From an uncultured Clostridia bacterium (GTDB lineage: Bacteria; Bacillota; Clostridia; Christensenellales; UBA1242): a stretch of 64,000 nucleotides of DNA. Of the stretch, positions 38,846 to 46,251 are shown piece after piece. A model generated the notes under the pieces. The model was not told the DNA's origin, ran no database searches, and was given only the letters and a program-made list of their open reading frames with translations. The stretch is taken from assembly GCA_934757865.1 (NCBI GenBank), contig CAKVLS010000001.1, positions 88,779 to 152,778 of the forward strand, given 5' to 3'. Both the position numbers and the translations under genes were made by a program. Positions within the stretch are counted from its first letter, which is position 1, and each line of letters opens with the position of its first letter.

Positions 38846-38873
38846 GCAGCTAGCAAACGCTAGTTGCTTTTTT
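38846..38873 (+). terminator. Rho-independent terminator
   Basis: GCAGCTAGC-AAAC-GCTAGTTGC hairpin followed by 6 T. Confidence 0.65.
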
Positions 38874-38910
38874 AATTGACTAATTATTATTTTTTGTTAA
38901 AATATATTAT

Positions 38911-39531
38911 ATGAAAAGCGAGTTGTTTGTGCCCATTGAGGCAAAAGCTGAATATGTGATAGAAAAGTCTAAGTTTTTGTCTTTTTGCTACTATGTAGAC
39001 TCTAAGGATAGGATTCAATCTATCCTAAAAGACCTAAGAAGGGACTACTTGGGCTCAACACACATCTGCTATGCATATAGATTGCTTGACAAGAGCCTTG
39101 ATGAGTACACTTGCGGCACTCTTGGTTTTTCGCAGAGTTACTTTGACGATGGTGAGCCTTCTGGTACTGCCGGTGCTCCTATATTAAGAGCTATAGAAGA
39201 AAGTGAAATGTACAATGCTTTAGTTGTCGTTGTAAGATACTTTGGCGGTATCAAACTTGGCGCTGCGGGGCTTACTAGAGCATATCACGAGTCTGCCCAA
39301 ATGAGTATTAAGACATCAAAAAAATCTCTTATGAAGATATACACAATCACTTGTGACTATGCTATGGTTAATAAAATTATCAACTTTTGCGAAACAAGTA
39401 ACGGCAAAATTTTGACAAGGGACTTTGGTGAAAGGGCTACATTTGAAATAGGAATGCTAGAAAATGTAGAGATTCCTATATCTATTAGCCAAAATGCTAA
39501 TGTCACTTTTATGGGGAATAAATATTTATGA
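38911..39531 (+). CDS. IMPACT/YigZ-family protein
   Basis: Motifs IEKSKFLSF, THICYAYRL, DDGEPSGTAGAPIL and VVVRYFGGIKLGAAGLTRAY. Confidence 0.8.
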   Translation: MKSELFVPIEAKAEYVIEKSKFLSFCYYVDSKDRIQSILKDLRRDYLGSTHICYAYRLLDKSLDEYTCGTLGFSQSYFDDGEPSGTAGAPILRAIEESEMYNALVVVVRYFGGIKLGAAGLTRAYHESAQMSIKTSKKSLMKIYTITCDYAMVNKIINFCETSNGKILTRDFGERATFEIGMLENVEIPISISQNANVTFMGNKYL

Positions 39532-40148
39532 TAATAACTGAGATAAAGAAGCAAACCCGCAACAATGGCAGGTTTAATATATATCTTGACTATGATTATT
39601 ATTGTGCACTTAATGCTGAGACTATTGTCAAAAATGGCATCAAGACTGGGCTCGAAATATCAAAAGAAGAGATTGATACTTTGCAGCTTGAATCTGAGAA
39701 AACAACTGCACTAGAAAAGTTAGTTAAGTATATGGGCACAAGACTAAGGACAGAAAAACAACTAAAAGATTATCTAAAAGGCAAAGGTTATAGTGACAAG
39801 ACAATAGACTATTGCATGGACAAGCTAAAAGAGTATAACTTCATCAATGATGACCAGTATGTAGCAGCCTATATTGAGACTAACAAAAGGCGAAAAGGCA
39901 AGACACTTCTAAAACAAGAATTGAAACAAAAAGGTATAAGAGATAAACTTTTAGAGGAGAGTTTCGCGGAGTACGAAACTGACGAAGAAGTAATAGAAAC
40001 GCTAGCCAGAAAGTACCTAAAAAATAAAGAATTAACAAAAGATAACTTTACCAAAGTTTATAGACATCTATTTTCAAAAGGCTTTGGGAGTGACGAAATT
40101 TTGAGAGTTATTAAGAGGATTTTTAACGATGATATATGTGGGGATTGA
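39528..40148 (+). CDS. recX: RecX-family regulatory protein
   Basis: 206 aa of repeated three-helix modules (EKQLKDYLKGKGYSDKTIDYCMDKLKEYNFINDDQYVAAYIE..., LKQELKQKGI...), as is typical of RecX. The ATGA start overlaps the yigZ-like gene's stop. Confidence 0.7.
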   Translation: MIITEIKKQTRNNGRFNIYLDYDYYCALNAETIVKNGIKTGLEISKEEIDTLQLESEKTTALEKLVKYMGTRLRTEKQLKDYLKGKGYSDKTIDYCMDKLKEYNFINDDQYVAAYIETNKRRKGKTLLKQELKQKGIRDKLLEESFAEYETDEEVIETLARKYLKNKELTKDNFTKVYRHLFSKGFGSDEILRVIKRIFNDDICGD

Positions 40149-40494
40149 TATAATAGACGCCGATAGATTTGAACATTTTATAGGTGACGAAACTAAAATG
40201 TCAGGGCTTTTTACCGCCAAAGAAATAGCTTATTTTAAGAAGTTTGCTAGTCCAGCTATTCATATGGCCGGCACCTTTTCTGCCAAAGAAGCCGTTGTTA
40301 AAGCCTTCAAAACGGGCTTTACACCGGGTATTATGCCTCTTGATATAGAAATTATTAGAGAAAATGGCGTGCCAAAGGCTGTACTAAAAAACGGCGCTAA
40401 GAAGTTTTTTGAGGACGGATCTTTCAAGAGTATGGATATCAATATTTCTCATACCAAGTCTATTGCCGAGGCGATTTGCGTACTTGAAAAATAG
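40129..40494 (+). CDS. acpS: Holo-[acyl-carrier-protein] synthase
   Basis: 121 aa with VGIDIIDADRF, FSAKEAVVKAF and ISHTKSIAEA. It overlaps the end of recX by 20 nt. Confidence 0.85.
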   Translation: MIYVGIDIIDADRFEHFIGDETKMSGLFTAKEIAYFKKFASPAIHMAGTFSAKEAVVKAFKTGFTPGIMPLDIEIIRENGVPKAVLKNGAKKFFEDGSFKSMDINISHTKSIAEAICVLEK

Positions 40495-40708
40495 CTTGTT
40501 TGAAAATGCAATTTTGAATAAGTTTTCGCAAGTGACAAATAAAAATGACAAATAAAAAGATTAAGCATGGGTTTTATGGCCCATGCTTTTTTATTTTCTT
40601 TGGCTAAAAAATAAATAGATTTTTGTTATTTATTCTCGTATAATTTTTGTTTGTTTGCCACAAAATAATTGTAAATAATGATTAAAAATTTTTTATAAGG
40701 GGAATACT

Positions 40709-40888
40709 ATGAAAGGTAAAAAGCTTGTCGGTATTAACAATTTTTGTGAGCATTCACATAATATAAGTAAAGGCAAATATGTTTACGCCGCAAAAATGTA
40801 CAAGGATATGTCTAGGGCTTTGTGCGGGGAGTTTACACATCATGAGCTTATCACTATGAAGACTTTTGGCCGCACGACTGACTTTTGA
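40709..40888 (+). CDS. 59-aa ORF directly upstream of mazF, a candidate non-canonical antitoxin
   Basis: ATG 40709 with an AAGGGGAA RBS and a TGA stop at 40886-40888, 9 nt before the mazF ATG. At 59 aa it falls below the 60-aa floor implied by the shortest track entries. Sequence: MKGKKLVGINNFCEHSHNISKGKYVYAAKMYKDMSRALCGEFTHHELITMKTFGRTTDF. I saw no RHH or AbrB-like pattern, so the call rests on position only. Confidence 0.35.
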   Translation: MKGKKLVGINNFCEHSHNISKGKYVYAAKMYKDMSRALCGEFTHHELITMKTFGRTTDF

Positions 40889-40897
40889 GGGGGATAA

Positions 40898-41242
40898 ATG
40901 CAGATAAAGAGGGGAGATATTTTTTATGCTGACCTTAGCCCTGTAGTGGGGAGCGAACAAGGTGGCATAAGACCAATACTTGTCGTCCAAAATGATATTG
41001 GGAATAAATATAGCCCAACTATTATTGCTGCTGCCATCACTAGCAAGTTAACAAAAGCCAAACTCCCTACGCATATAGAACTTCCAAAAACTGAGTACAA
41101 TCTAGAAAAAGATTCTGTTGTGCTACTAGAACAAATACGCACCCTCGACAAAACTAGGCTAAAAGAATACATATCTACCTTGTCTAGTCCCAAGATGCAA
41201 GAAGTTAATAGAGCAATGCTCATAAGTCTAGGCGTCATATAG
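40898..41242 (+). CDS. mazF: MazF/PemK/EndoA-family endoribonuclease toxin
   Basis: Motifs [47 protein letters not shown] and [17 protein letters not shown]; GAGGGGGA RBS. Confidence 0.9.
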   Translation: MQIKRGDIFYADLSPVVGSEQGGIRPILVVQNDIGNKYSPTIIAAAITSKLTKAKLPTHIELPKTEYNLEKDSVVLLEQIRTLDKTRLKEYISTLSSPKMQEVNRAMLISLGVI

Positions 41243-41333
41243 ACGCTTTTTTTGTAAACTTTTTTATTTTTTGATATTTATATTTGACTACTGCCCCCGC
41301 CAAAAAGTATAATAAATATATAAAGGTGAGGAC

Positions 41334-42179
41334 ATGAACGATTTTACAATATCAAGACATGGATATGACCCAGTCGAAGTTGACAACTATATCATTAGAC
41401 TAAAAGCCGACTACGAGGCTAAACTATCTGAGCAAAAAGATAGGATTTTTTACCTAAAAAATCAACTAGACACTATCACAAGATCTAGCGAAAACGAGCT
41501 TACAACTGCCTTAGCTGGTGCTGTCGAAAAGGCCAAGCAGATAGAGATTAGTTCTCGTAATATCTTCGAGCTTGAGACCAAGAGGCTAAAACTCCTATAC
41601 AATAAGATGGACGGCCTTATCAGTAAGATGACTAAGGACACATCTATTGAGGAGATAAAGATTCAACTTTTGACCCAAATATACGAGTGTGAGGCATCGC
41701 TTGAAAAAAATATAGAGTTGCAGTCTAAGGCTATGAACATGGTAGATACAGAGAATCCTGTTCGTAAACTTTTGCAAAAGATGAACAACAAAACTACCAG
41801 CCTAAATCTAAAAAACATTGAGAAGTTTGTAGAGAGTCCTATTGAGCAAAAGCAAGTTAAACCTGCCCCAAGACCAATACCTCCTAAGCCTCCTGTTAAA
41901 CAAGAAAAAGTAGTTGTTAAAAAAGAGCCTCCTAAGGCAGAGCCAATGTTTGATAATTTCCTAAAAGATGATGCTCCTAGCTCTAAGAATTTTGAGAGCA
42001 TTATGTTCAAAGGCAACAAGAAAAACAACTCTGTTATCACCGCCAACCTTGCATACCCAACTCCTAACGAGAGTGGCTTTGACCTAAAAGAAGCCGTTAA
42101 CCCAAAAGATGACTTAGAAGAAATAATGAAATCATTTGACTTTTTTGAAGAAGACAACGGTAAAAAGAAGAAAAAATAA
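41334..42179 (+). CDS. DivIVA-domain protein with a Pro/Lys-rich linker
   Basis: N-terminal FTISRHGYDPVEVDNYI is the DivIVA-domain motif. A coiled-coil segment follows, then KPAPRPIPPKPPVKQEKVVVKKEPPKAEP. Confidence 0.75.
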   Translation: MNDFTISRHGYDPVEVDNYIIRLKADYEAKLSEQKDRIFYLKNQLDTITRSSENELTTALAGAVEKAKQIEISSRNIFELETKRLKLLYNKMDGLISKMTKDTSIEEIKIQLLTQIYECEASLEKNIELQSKAMNMVDTENPVRKLLQKMNNKTTSLNLKNIEKFVESPIEQKQVKPAPRPIPPKPPVKQEKVVVKKEPPKAEPMFDNFLKDDAPSSKNFESIMFKGNKKNNSVITANLAYPTPNESGFDLKEAVNPKDDLEEIMKSFDFFEEDNGKKKKK

Positions 42180-42287
42180 AGCTAACTATTGCGTGATTGA
42201 TAGATAATATTATATAAGTTAAAAATAAAAAAACATATAAAAATATATTATAAGCTAAACATAAACACCAATATTTTATAAATAATC

Positions 42288-42318
42288 AAAAAAAGACCTA
42301 ACAGTTAGGTCTTTTTTG
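42288..42318. terminator. Bidirectional terminator hairpin
   Basis: An A-run, then AGACCTA-ACAGT-TAGGTCT, then a T-run. It lies 6 nt from the stop of the minus-strand gene at 42324. Confidence 0.6.
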
Positions 42319-42323
42319 CTTTT

Positions 42324-43514
42324 TTATATTACAATATCTGTTAACATGCAGCCTAGATATGCATCGCTCATTTCTTTTTCTTCTAGGCCGTTGAAGTAGT
42401 CATTTTTTACTTCTTCGTATATCTCAGTAATAATCTGTTTAGAGCTTGAATTAGTTAATCTACCAAGCATTCTTTCTATCTTAATGATAGTCATCTTGAT
42501 AGTTTCTTTTGACTTTTCGGTTACGCTATTAGTAACCTCTTGGAGTAGCATTGTGTCCATAAACTTGATAATCTCATTAGATATATCATTGATAGACTCG
42601 TCTGTGTTTGTTGGGTTAACGCAAGCTTTGGCATAAGTCTTGATAAGCGAAACTTTTAATCTTTCTTTTAGCTCGTCTAAGTTTTGCTCTTGAGCTTTTG
42701 CTGTGAGAGTAGCATCATAGCATCCTACATATGCAGTCTCGTTAGTCAAAATATCTTTGTATAACTTGCCAGCAAATCTATAAAAGTCAATTTTTGTGTA
42801 GCCGGTTTTATTTTTTAGTGTTGGCAAAATCTCTTTTCTTATAAAGAATTGCAAATGAGATTTCATGTTTTTGATAAACTTTTGGCGAGCAAAGGCTGTG
42901 TCTGATGCAAACTTATCTTTTAATCTTTGCATCCTAAGTTGATGCTCTTTTTTTGCAAGTTCCCTTTGGTATAGTAGCTCATCAGTTAGCGGAGTAATTG
43001 GATTTTTGGCGATAGCGTCAAAGAATTGTAAATACTCAGGACTAAACATGCTGTATATCATATCTAGGTATTCTTGATATAGCTTCTTACGGTAAACGCC
43101 AAATCTCATAGTTTGTGCTATCTTCAAAAGTTTTTCTAACGCAACACGATATTTTTCTTCGTTGTCAGGAGTTCTGTTTGGCCAGTAATCTGGGTGAGAT
43201 TCTAGGTCATAAAATTCAAGAGAGAAGTCGCTGTATTTTGGTGCAAATTCTTCATTTTTACAGTTTATTATTTTGACTATTTTTTTGCTCTTGATTTTTC
43301 TTAATATAGCGCCTATTGGTCTATATACAGCTAGATGTCTATTGTTATTTTGTGGCTGCGGAATAACCAAAAAAGCAAGTACCAGTTTACCTTTGTAGTG
43401 TCTAAATACTGGTGGCAAAATATCTATTTTTTCGCATGGGTTGATGTCTCTAAACTCGTCTTCGTATTCTTCTTCCATGCTCATTATCTCATGGTATTTG
43501 TATAAACTGTACAT
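42324..43514 (-). CDS. Hypothetical cytoplasmic protein (396 aa), no recognisable domain
   Basis: Long ORF with an AGGAGA RBS (plus-strand tctcct at 43521-43526) and no TM helix or signal peptide. It is the only minus-strand gene between plus-strand neighbours. Confidence 0.7.
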   Translation of the reverse strand: MYSLYKYHEIMSMEEEYEDEFRDINPCEKIDILPPVFRHYKGKLVLAFLVIPQPQNNNRHLAVYRPIGAILRKIKSKKIVKIINCKNEEFAPKYSDFSLEFYDLESHPDYWPNRTPDNEEKYRVALEKLLKIAQTMRFGVYRKKLYQEYLDMIYSMFSPEYLQFFDAIAKNPITPLTDELLYQRELAKKEHQLRMQRLKDKFASDTAFARQKFIKNMKSHLQFFIRKEILPTLKNKTGYTKIDFYRFAGKLYKDILTNETAYVGCYDATLTAKAQEQNLDELKERLKVSLIKTYAKACVNPTNTDESINDISNEIIKFMDTMLLQEVTNSVTEKSKETIKMTIIKIERMLGRLTNSSSKQIITEIYEEVKNDYFNGLEEKEMSDAYLGCMLTDIVI

Positions 43515-43737
43515 ATTTTCTCCTACAATTATTATATATAAAATCTTTCTAAATGTAAAGAGGTAATATATTTTGCGTTGGGATTTACGCTTTTGATTAT
43601 TTTTTAGGTGGGCAAAAGGGCAAAATCAGGAGCGTTTTTTCTCTTAATTTTTTTGCTCAAAATTTAGATTAAAATATTAGTTTATTTTTTATGTCAAAAC
43701 AATAACCTTTTGCATATAAAAAAGTAAGGAGATTTTT

Positions 43738-45504
43738 ATGTGCGGAATTACAGGAATAATTACAGAAAAAGATTTGACTAAAAAATTAGTCACAGAACTA
43801 AAAAAACTAGAATATAGAGGTTACGACTCAGCAGGTATATGCACGAGTTTTGATAATAAATTTTTTGTTACAAAAGAGGTAGGGGAGGTAAAAAACTTAG
43901 AGAAAAAGTTAGATTATGATAAATCATGCACTTATGGCATTGGTCATACTAGATGGGCAACTCACGGCGAGGCGAGTATAAAAAATTGCCACCCACACCT
44001 TAGCAAAAATTGGGCTGTTGTGCACAACGGCATAATAGAAAATTATATGGACATCAAAAAAGTCCTAAAATCCAAGGGCGTAAACTTTTTGTCTGACACA
44101 GACAGCGAGTGTGTTAGTGCGCTACTTGAATTTTATAATGTCCAAGATGAGCAAGGTATCGCCAAAGTTATAGGACAGCTAAAAGGTTCTTTTGCGCTTG
44201 CGATGATTAACAAAAATATAATAGATAAGATTTTTGTTGCCAAAAATTCTAGCCCTTTGTACATAGCAAAGTGCGGCGAGGATATGCGAGTTAGTAGTGA
44301 TATTGTGTCGTTTTATAACCTAACTGACGAGTTTTTTGCTCTTAGCGATAACGAAATAGCTAGTATCGAAAAGGACAAAATAACATTTTTTGATAAAAAC
44401 GGCAAAGAAATATCCAAAAGCCCAAATAAATTAGTTATTAGCAATAGGCTAGCCGAAAAGCAAGATTATGAGCACTTTATGCTCAAAGAAATTTTTGAAA
44501 CAAGCGGACTTTTGAAAGATGTTTATAAATATTATACTCATAATGAAAAACTAATTTATGACCTAAAAAAACATTTTAGACAGGCAAGCCAAGTACTTCT
44601 TGTTGGGTGTGGCACGGCATATCACTCAGCCTTAATGGGCGAGAGGTTCATCAAACAAAAACTAAGTAAGCCAGTATTTAGCTATATAGCTAGTGAGTTT
44701 ATATATGACGACACATATATTGATACTGAGACTTTGGCGATATTTATTAGCCAAAGTGGCGAAACAGCAGATACAATTAGCGCCCTAAAAAAGGCAAAGT
44801 CAAAAGGTGCCAAAGTCATAGCTCTTACCAATAATGTCAATAGCCAAATAGCATTTTTGGCAGATATAGTCCTTCCGGTACTAGCAGGTCCAGAGATAGC
44901 TGTTGCATCGACTAAGGCGTATAATTGCCAGTGCTTCATACTAGGGCTAATTAGTAGTTTTATCAGTGGTGGTGCAGGCTTTGTCAAAAACTTTGACGAG
45001 CTCGTGTATAGCCTAAAAGGTATAGATAGCAATCTTTGCCTTGACATCGCCCAAAAGATAAAGGGTTACAAACAAGCATTTTTTGTAGGTAGAGGAGTAG
45101 ACTATGTCACATCTTGCGAGGCCAGCCTCAAACTAAAAGAAATATCATATATCAATTCTAGCGCCTTCCCATCTGGAGAACTAAAACACGGAAGCTTAGC
45201 ACTTATTGACAAAAACGCTTTGGTGTTTAACATAATAACAGACAAAACCCTAAAAGAAAAAAGTCTAATATCTCTTGGCGAGGTAAAAACTCGAAAAGCT
45301 AAAGTTATAGTCATATCACCATTTGACGAAGTAAAAAAATATCTAAATAAAGATGATATATTTATTAAACTCCAAGACTTAGATGTAGAAACTTATCAAC
45401 TAGCTACGACATATTGCCAGCTAATTAGCTATTATACTAGCACGCTAAAGGGCATTAACCCCGACAAACCAAGGAATTTAGCAAAATCAGTAACAGTGGA
45501 GTAG
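43738..45504 (+). CDS. glmS: Glutamine--fructose-6-phosphate aminotransferase
   Basis: N-terminal MCGI (Ntn Cys), GIGHTRWATHG, SIS-domain SQSGETADT and a C-terminal ...KPRNLAKSVTVE; AAGGAG RBS. Confidence 0.93.
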   Translation: MCGITGIITEKDLTKKLVTELKKLEYRGYDSAGICTSFDNKFFVTKEVGEVKNLEKKLDYDKSCTYGIGHTRWATHGEASIKNCHPHLSKNWAVVHNGIIENYMDIKKVLKSKGVNFLSDTDSECVSALLEFYNVQDEQGIAKVIGQLKGSFALAMINKNIIDKIFVAKNSSPLYIAKCGEDMRVSSDIVSFYNLTDEFFALSDNEIASIEKDKITFFDKNGKEISKSPNKLVISNRLAEKQDYEHFMLKEIFETSGLLKDVYKYYTHNEKLIYDLKKHFRQASQVLLVGCGTAYHSALMGERFIKQKLSKPVFSYIASEFIYDDTYIDTETLAIFISQSGETADTISALKKAKSKGAKVIALTNNVNSQIAFLADIVLPVLAGPEIAVASTKAYNCQCFILGLISSFISGGAGFVKNFDELVYSLKGIDSNLCLDIAQKIKGYKQAFFVGRGVDYVTSCEASLKLKEISYINSSAFPSGELKHGSLALIDKNALVFNIITDKTLKEKSLISLGEVKTRKAKVIVISPFDEVKKYLNKDDIFIKLQDLDVETYQLATTYCQLISYYTSTLKGINPDKPRNLAKSVTVE

Positions 45505-45520
45505 TCAAAGCATATAAAAA

Positions 45521-45544
45521 ATAGGGCAAAAACCCTATTTTTTT
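45521..45544 (+). terminator. Rho-independent terminator after glmS
   Basis: ATAGGG-CAAAAA-CCCTAT hairpin followed by a T-run. Confidence 0.6.
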
Positions 45545-45593
45545 ATTCCTAAAAAATTTTTATAAAAAATTATAAAAAAATATAAATTTTTTA

Positions 45594-45622
45594 TTGACAA
45601 AAAAACTACAATTTGTTATTAT
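45594..45622 (+). promoter_or_regulatory. Candidate promoter for tRNA-Asn
   Basis: TTGACA (45594-45599), 17 nt spacer, TATTAT (45617-45622), preceded by a TGT extended -10. It lies about 30 nt upstream of the tRNA 5' end. Confidence 0.45.
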
Positions 45623-45652
45623 AATGGAGCATTGAATTGATGCATGAGATAT

Positions 45653-45727
45653 TCCTCGATAGCTCAATGGTGGAGCAACCGGCTGTTAACCGGTAGGTTG
45701 TAGGTTCGAGCCCTACTCGGGGAGCCA
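45653..45727 (+). tRNA. tRNA-Asn (anticodon GTT), CCA encoded
   Basis: Manual cloverleaf: acceptor TCCTCGA/TCGGGGA (one G-U pair), D arm GCTC-AATGGTG-GAGC, anticodon arm ACCGG-CTGTTAA-CCGGT, variable AGGTT, T arm GTAGG-TTCGAGC-CCTAC, discriminator G, CCA. Length 75 nt. Confidence 0.9.
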
Positions 45728-45763
45728 AAAATAAAGACCGATTATTTCGGTCTTTTTTTGTTG
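45711..45763 (+). repeat. Direct repeat copy A: tRNA-Asn 3' end (17 nt) plus terminator
   Basis: 53 bp, 51/53 identical to 45891-45943, at an offset of exactly 180 bp. Confidence 0.9.
45734..45759 (+). terminator. Terminator hairpin after tRNA-Asn (copy 1 of 3)
   Basis: AAGACCGA-TTATT-TCGGTCTT followed by a T-run. Confidence 0.65.
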
Positions 45764-45784
45764 TAATTTTTGTTTATTTAACTT

Positions 45785-45800
45785 TAGGGCTCGAACCTAC
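45785..45800 (-). repeat. Inverted 16-bp copy of the tRNA-Asn T-arm
   Basis: The reverse complement GTAGGTTCGAGCCCTA is identical to tRNA positions 45700-45715. Confidence 0.85.
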
Positions 45801-45890
45801 GGTTCGGTCCTGTCGGACCCAGACCGCAACAAAGTTGCTCCCAGCCTTTGGCTAAAAATATGCTACTAGCATATTTTCTTTACGCGTCGG

Positions 45891-45943
45891 CCCTACTCGG
45901 GGAGCCAAAAAAGAAGACCGATTATTTCGGTCTTTTTTTGTTG
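45891..45943 (+). repeat. Direct repeat copy B: orphan tRNA-Asn 3' end plus terminator (hairpin copy 2 of 3)
   Basis: CCCTACTCGGGGAGCCAAAAA..AAGACCGATTATTTCGGTCTTTTTTTGTTG. There is no tRNA body upstream of it. The hairpin also sits 6 nt downstream of the XRE gene's stop. Confidence 0.9.
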
Positions 45944-45948
45944 CGTTT

Positions 45949-46152
45949 TTAGTTCTTTCTGCCTGTAAGGTAGTCTAAGTCTTCGTCAAAATAATTGGCT
46001 ATCTTACACAAATTTTCTATGCCTATTTCTCTTTGTCCTAATATATATCTAGAAAGTGTTTGCTGTGGGATTCCAATCTTTTTGGCTACCGAGCTAATGC
46101 TTTCATTTTTTATCAAACTTTTTAGTCTTTGAGAAAATATATCCATATACAT
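45949..46152 (-). CDS. XRE-family helix-turn-helix transcriptional regulator
   Basis: 67 aa. RLKSLIKNESISSVAKKIGIPQQTLSRYILGQREIGIENLCKIANYF is a Cro/C1-type HTH. GGAGGGAA RBS on the minus strand. Confidence 0.85.
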   Translation of the reverse strand: MYMDIFSQRLKSLIKNESISSVAKKIGIPQQTLSRYILGQREIGIENLCKIANYFDEDLDYLTGRKN

Positions 46153-46180
46153 AATATTATTATTCCCTCCTGACTCAATA

Positions 46181-46227
46181 TTACACCAATAGGTGTAACT
46201 TATTTGACATTACACCAAACGGTGTGA
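46181..46227. promoter_or_regulatory. Two palindromic operator-like sites in the divergent XRE intergenic region, overlapping a TTGACA -35
   Basis: O1 is TTACACC-AATA-GGTGTAA (46181-46198, perfect palindrome). O2 is TTACACC-AAAC-GGTGTGA (46210-46227). TTGACA at 46204-46209 sits between them, with a TATTAT-like -10 at about 46228-46233. Confidence 0.55.
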
Positions 46228-46251
46228 TATTATTATTTTGAGGAATAAATT

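Noticed and set aside
40543-40570. Short direct repeat TGACAAATAAAAA x2 downstream of acpS
   Set aside because: There are only two short AT-rich copies just before a terminator hairpin, with no associated feature. It is probably a chance occurrence.
41663-42157. 164-aa minus-strand ORF antisense to the DivIVA-domain gene
   Set aside because: It is low-complexity (S/L/G/F-rich), mirroring the K/P/E-rich sense strand. It has no RBS, and the sense gene has the DivIVA N-terminal motif.
45764-45890. Possible class II tRNA or tRNA pseudogene on the minus strand (T-arm-like GTAGGTTCGAGCCCTA preceded by a GGTCC-GACA-GGACC variable-arm-like hairpin)
   Set aside because: No acceptor stem, D arm or 7-nt anticodon loop can be drawn. 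It is better explained as an inverted fragment of the adjacent tRNA-Asn (reported as a scar).
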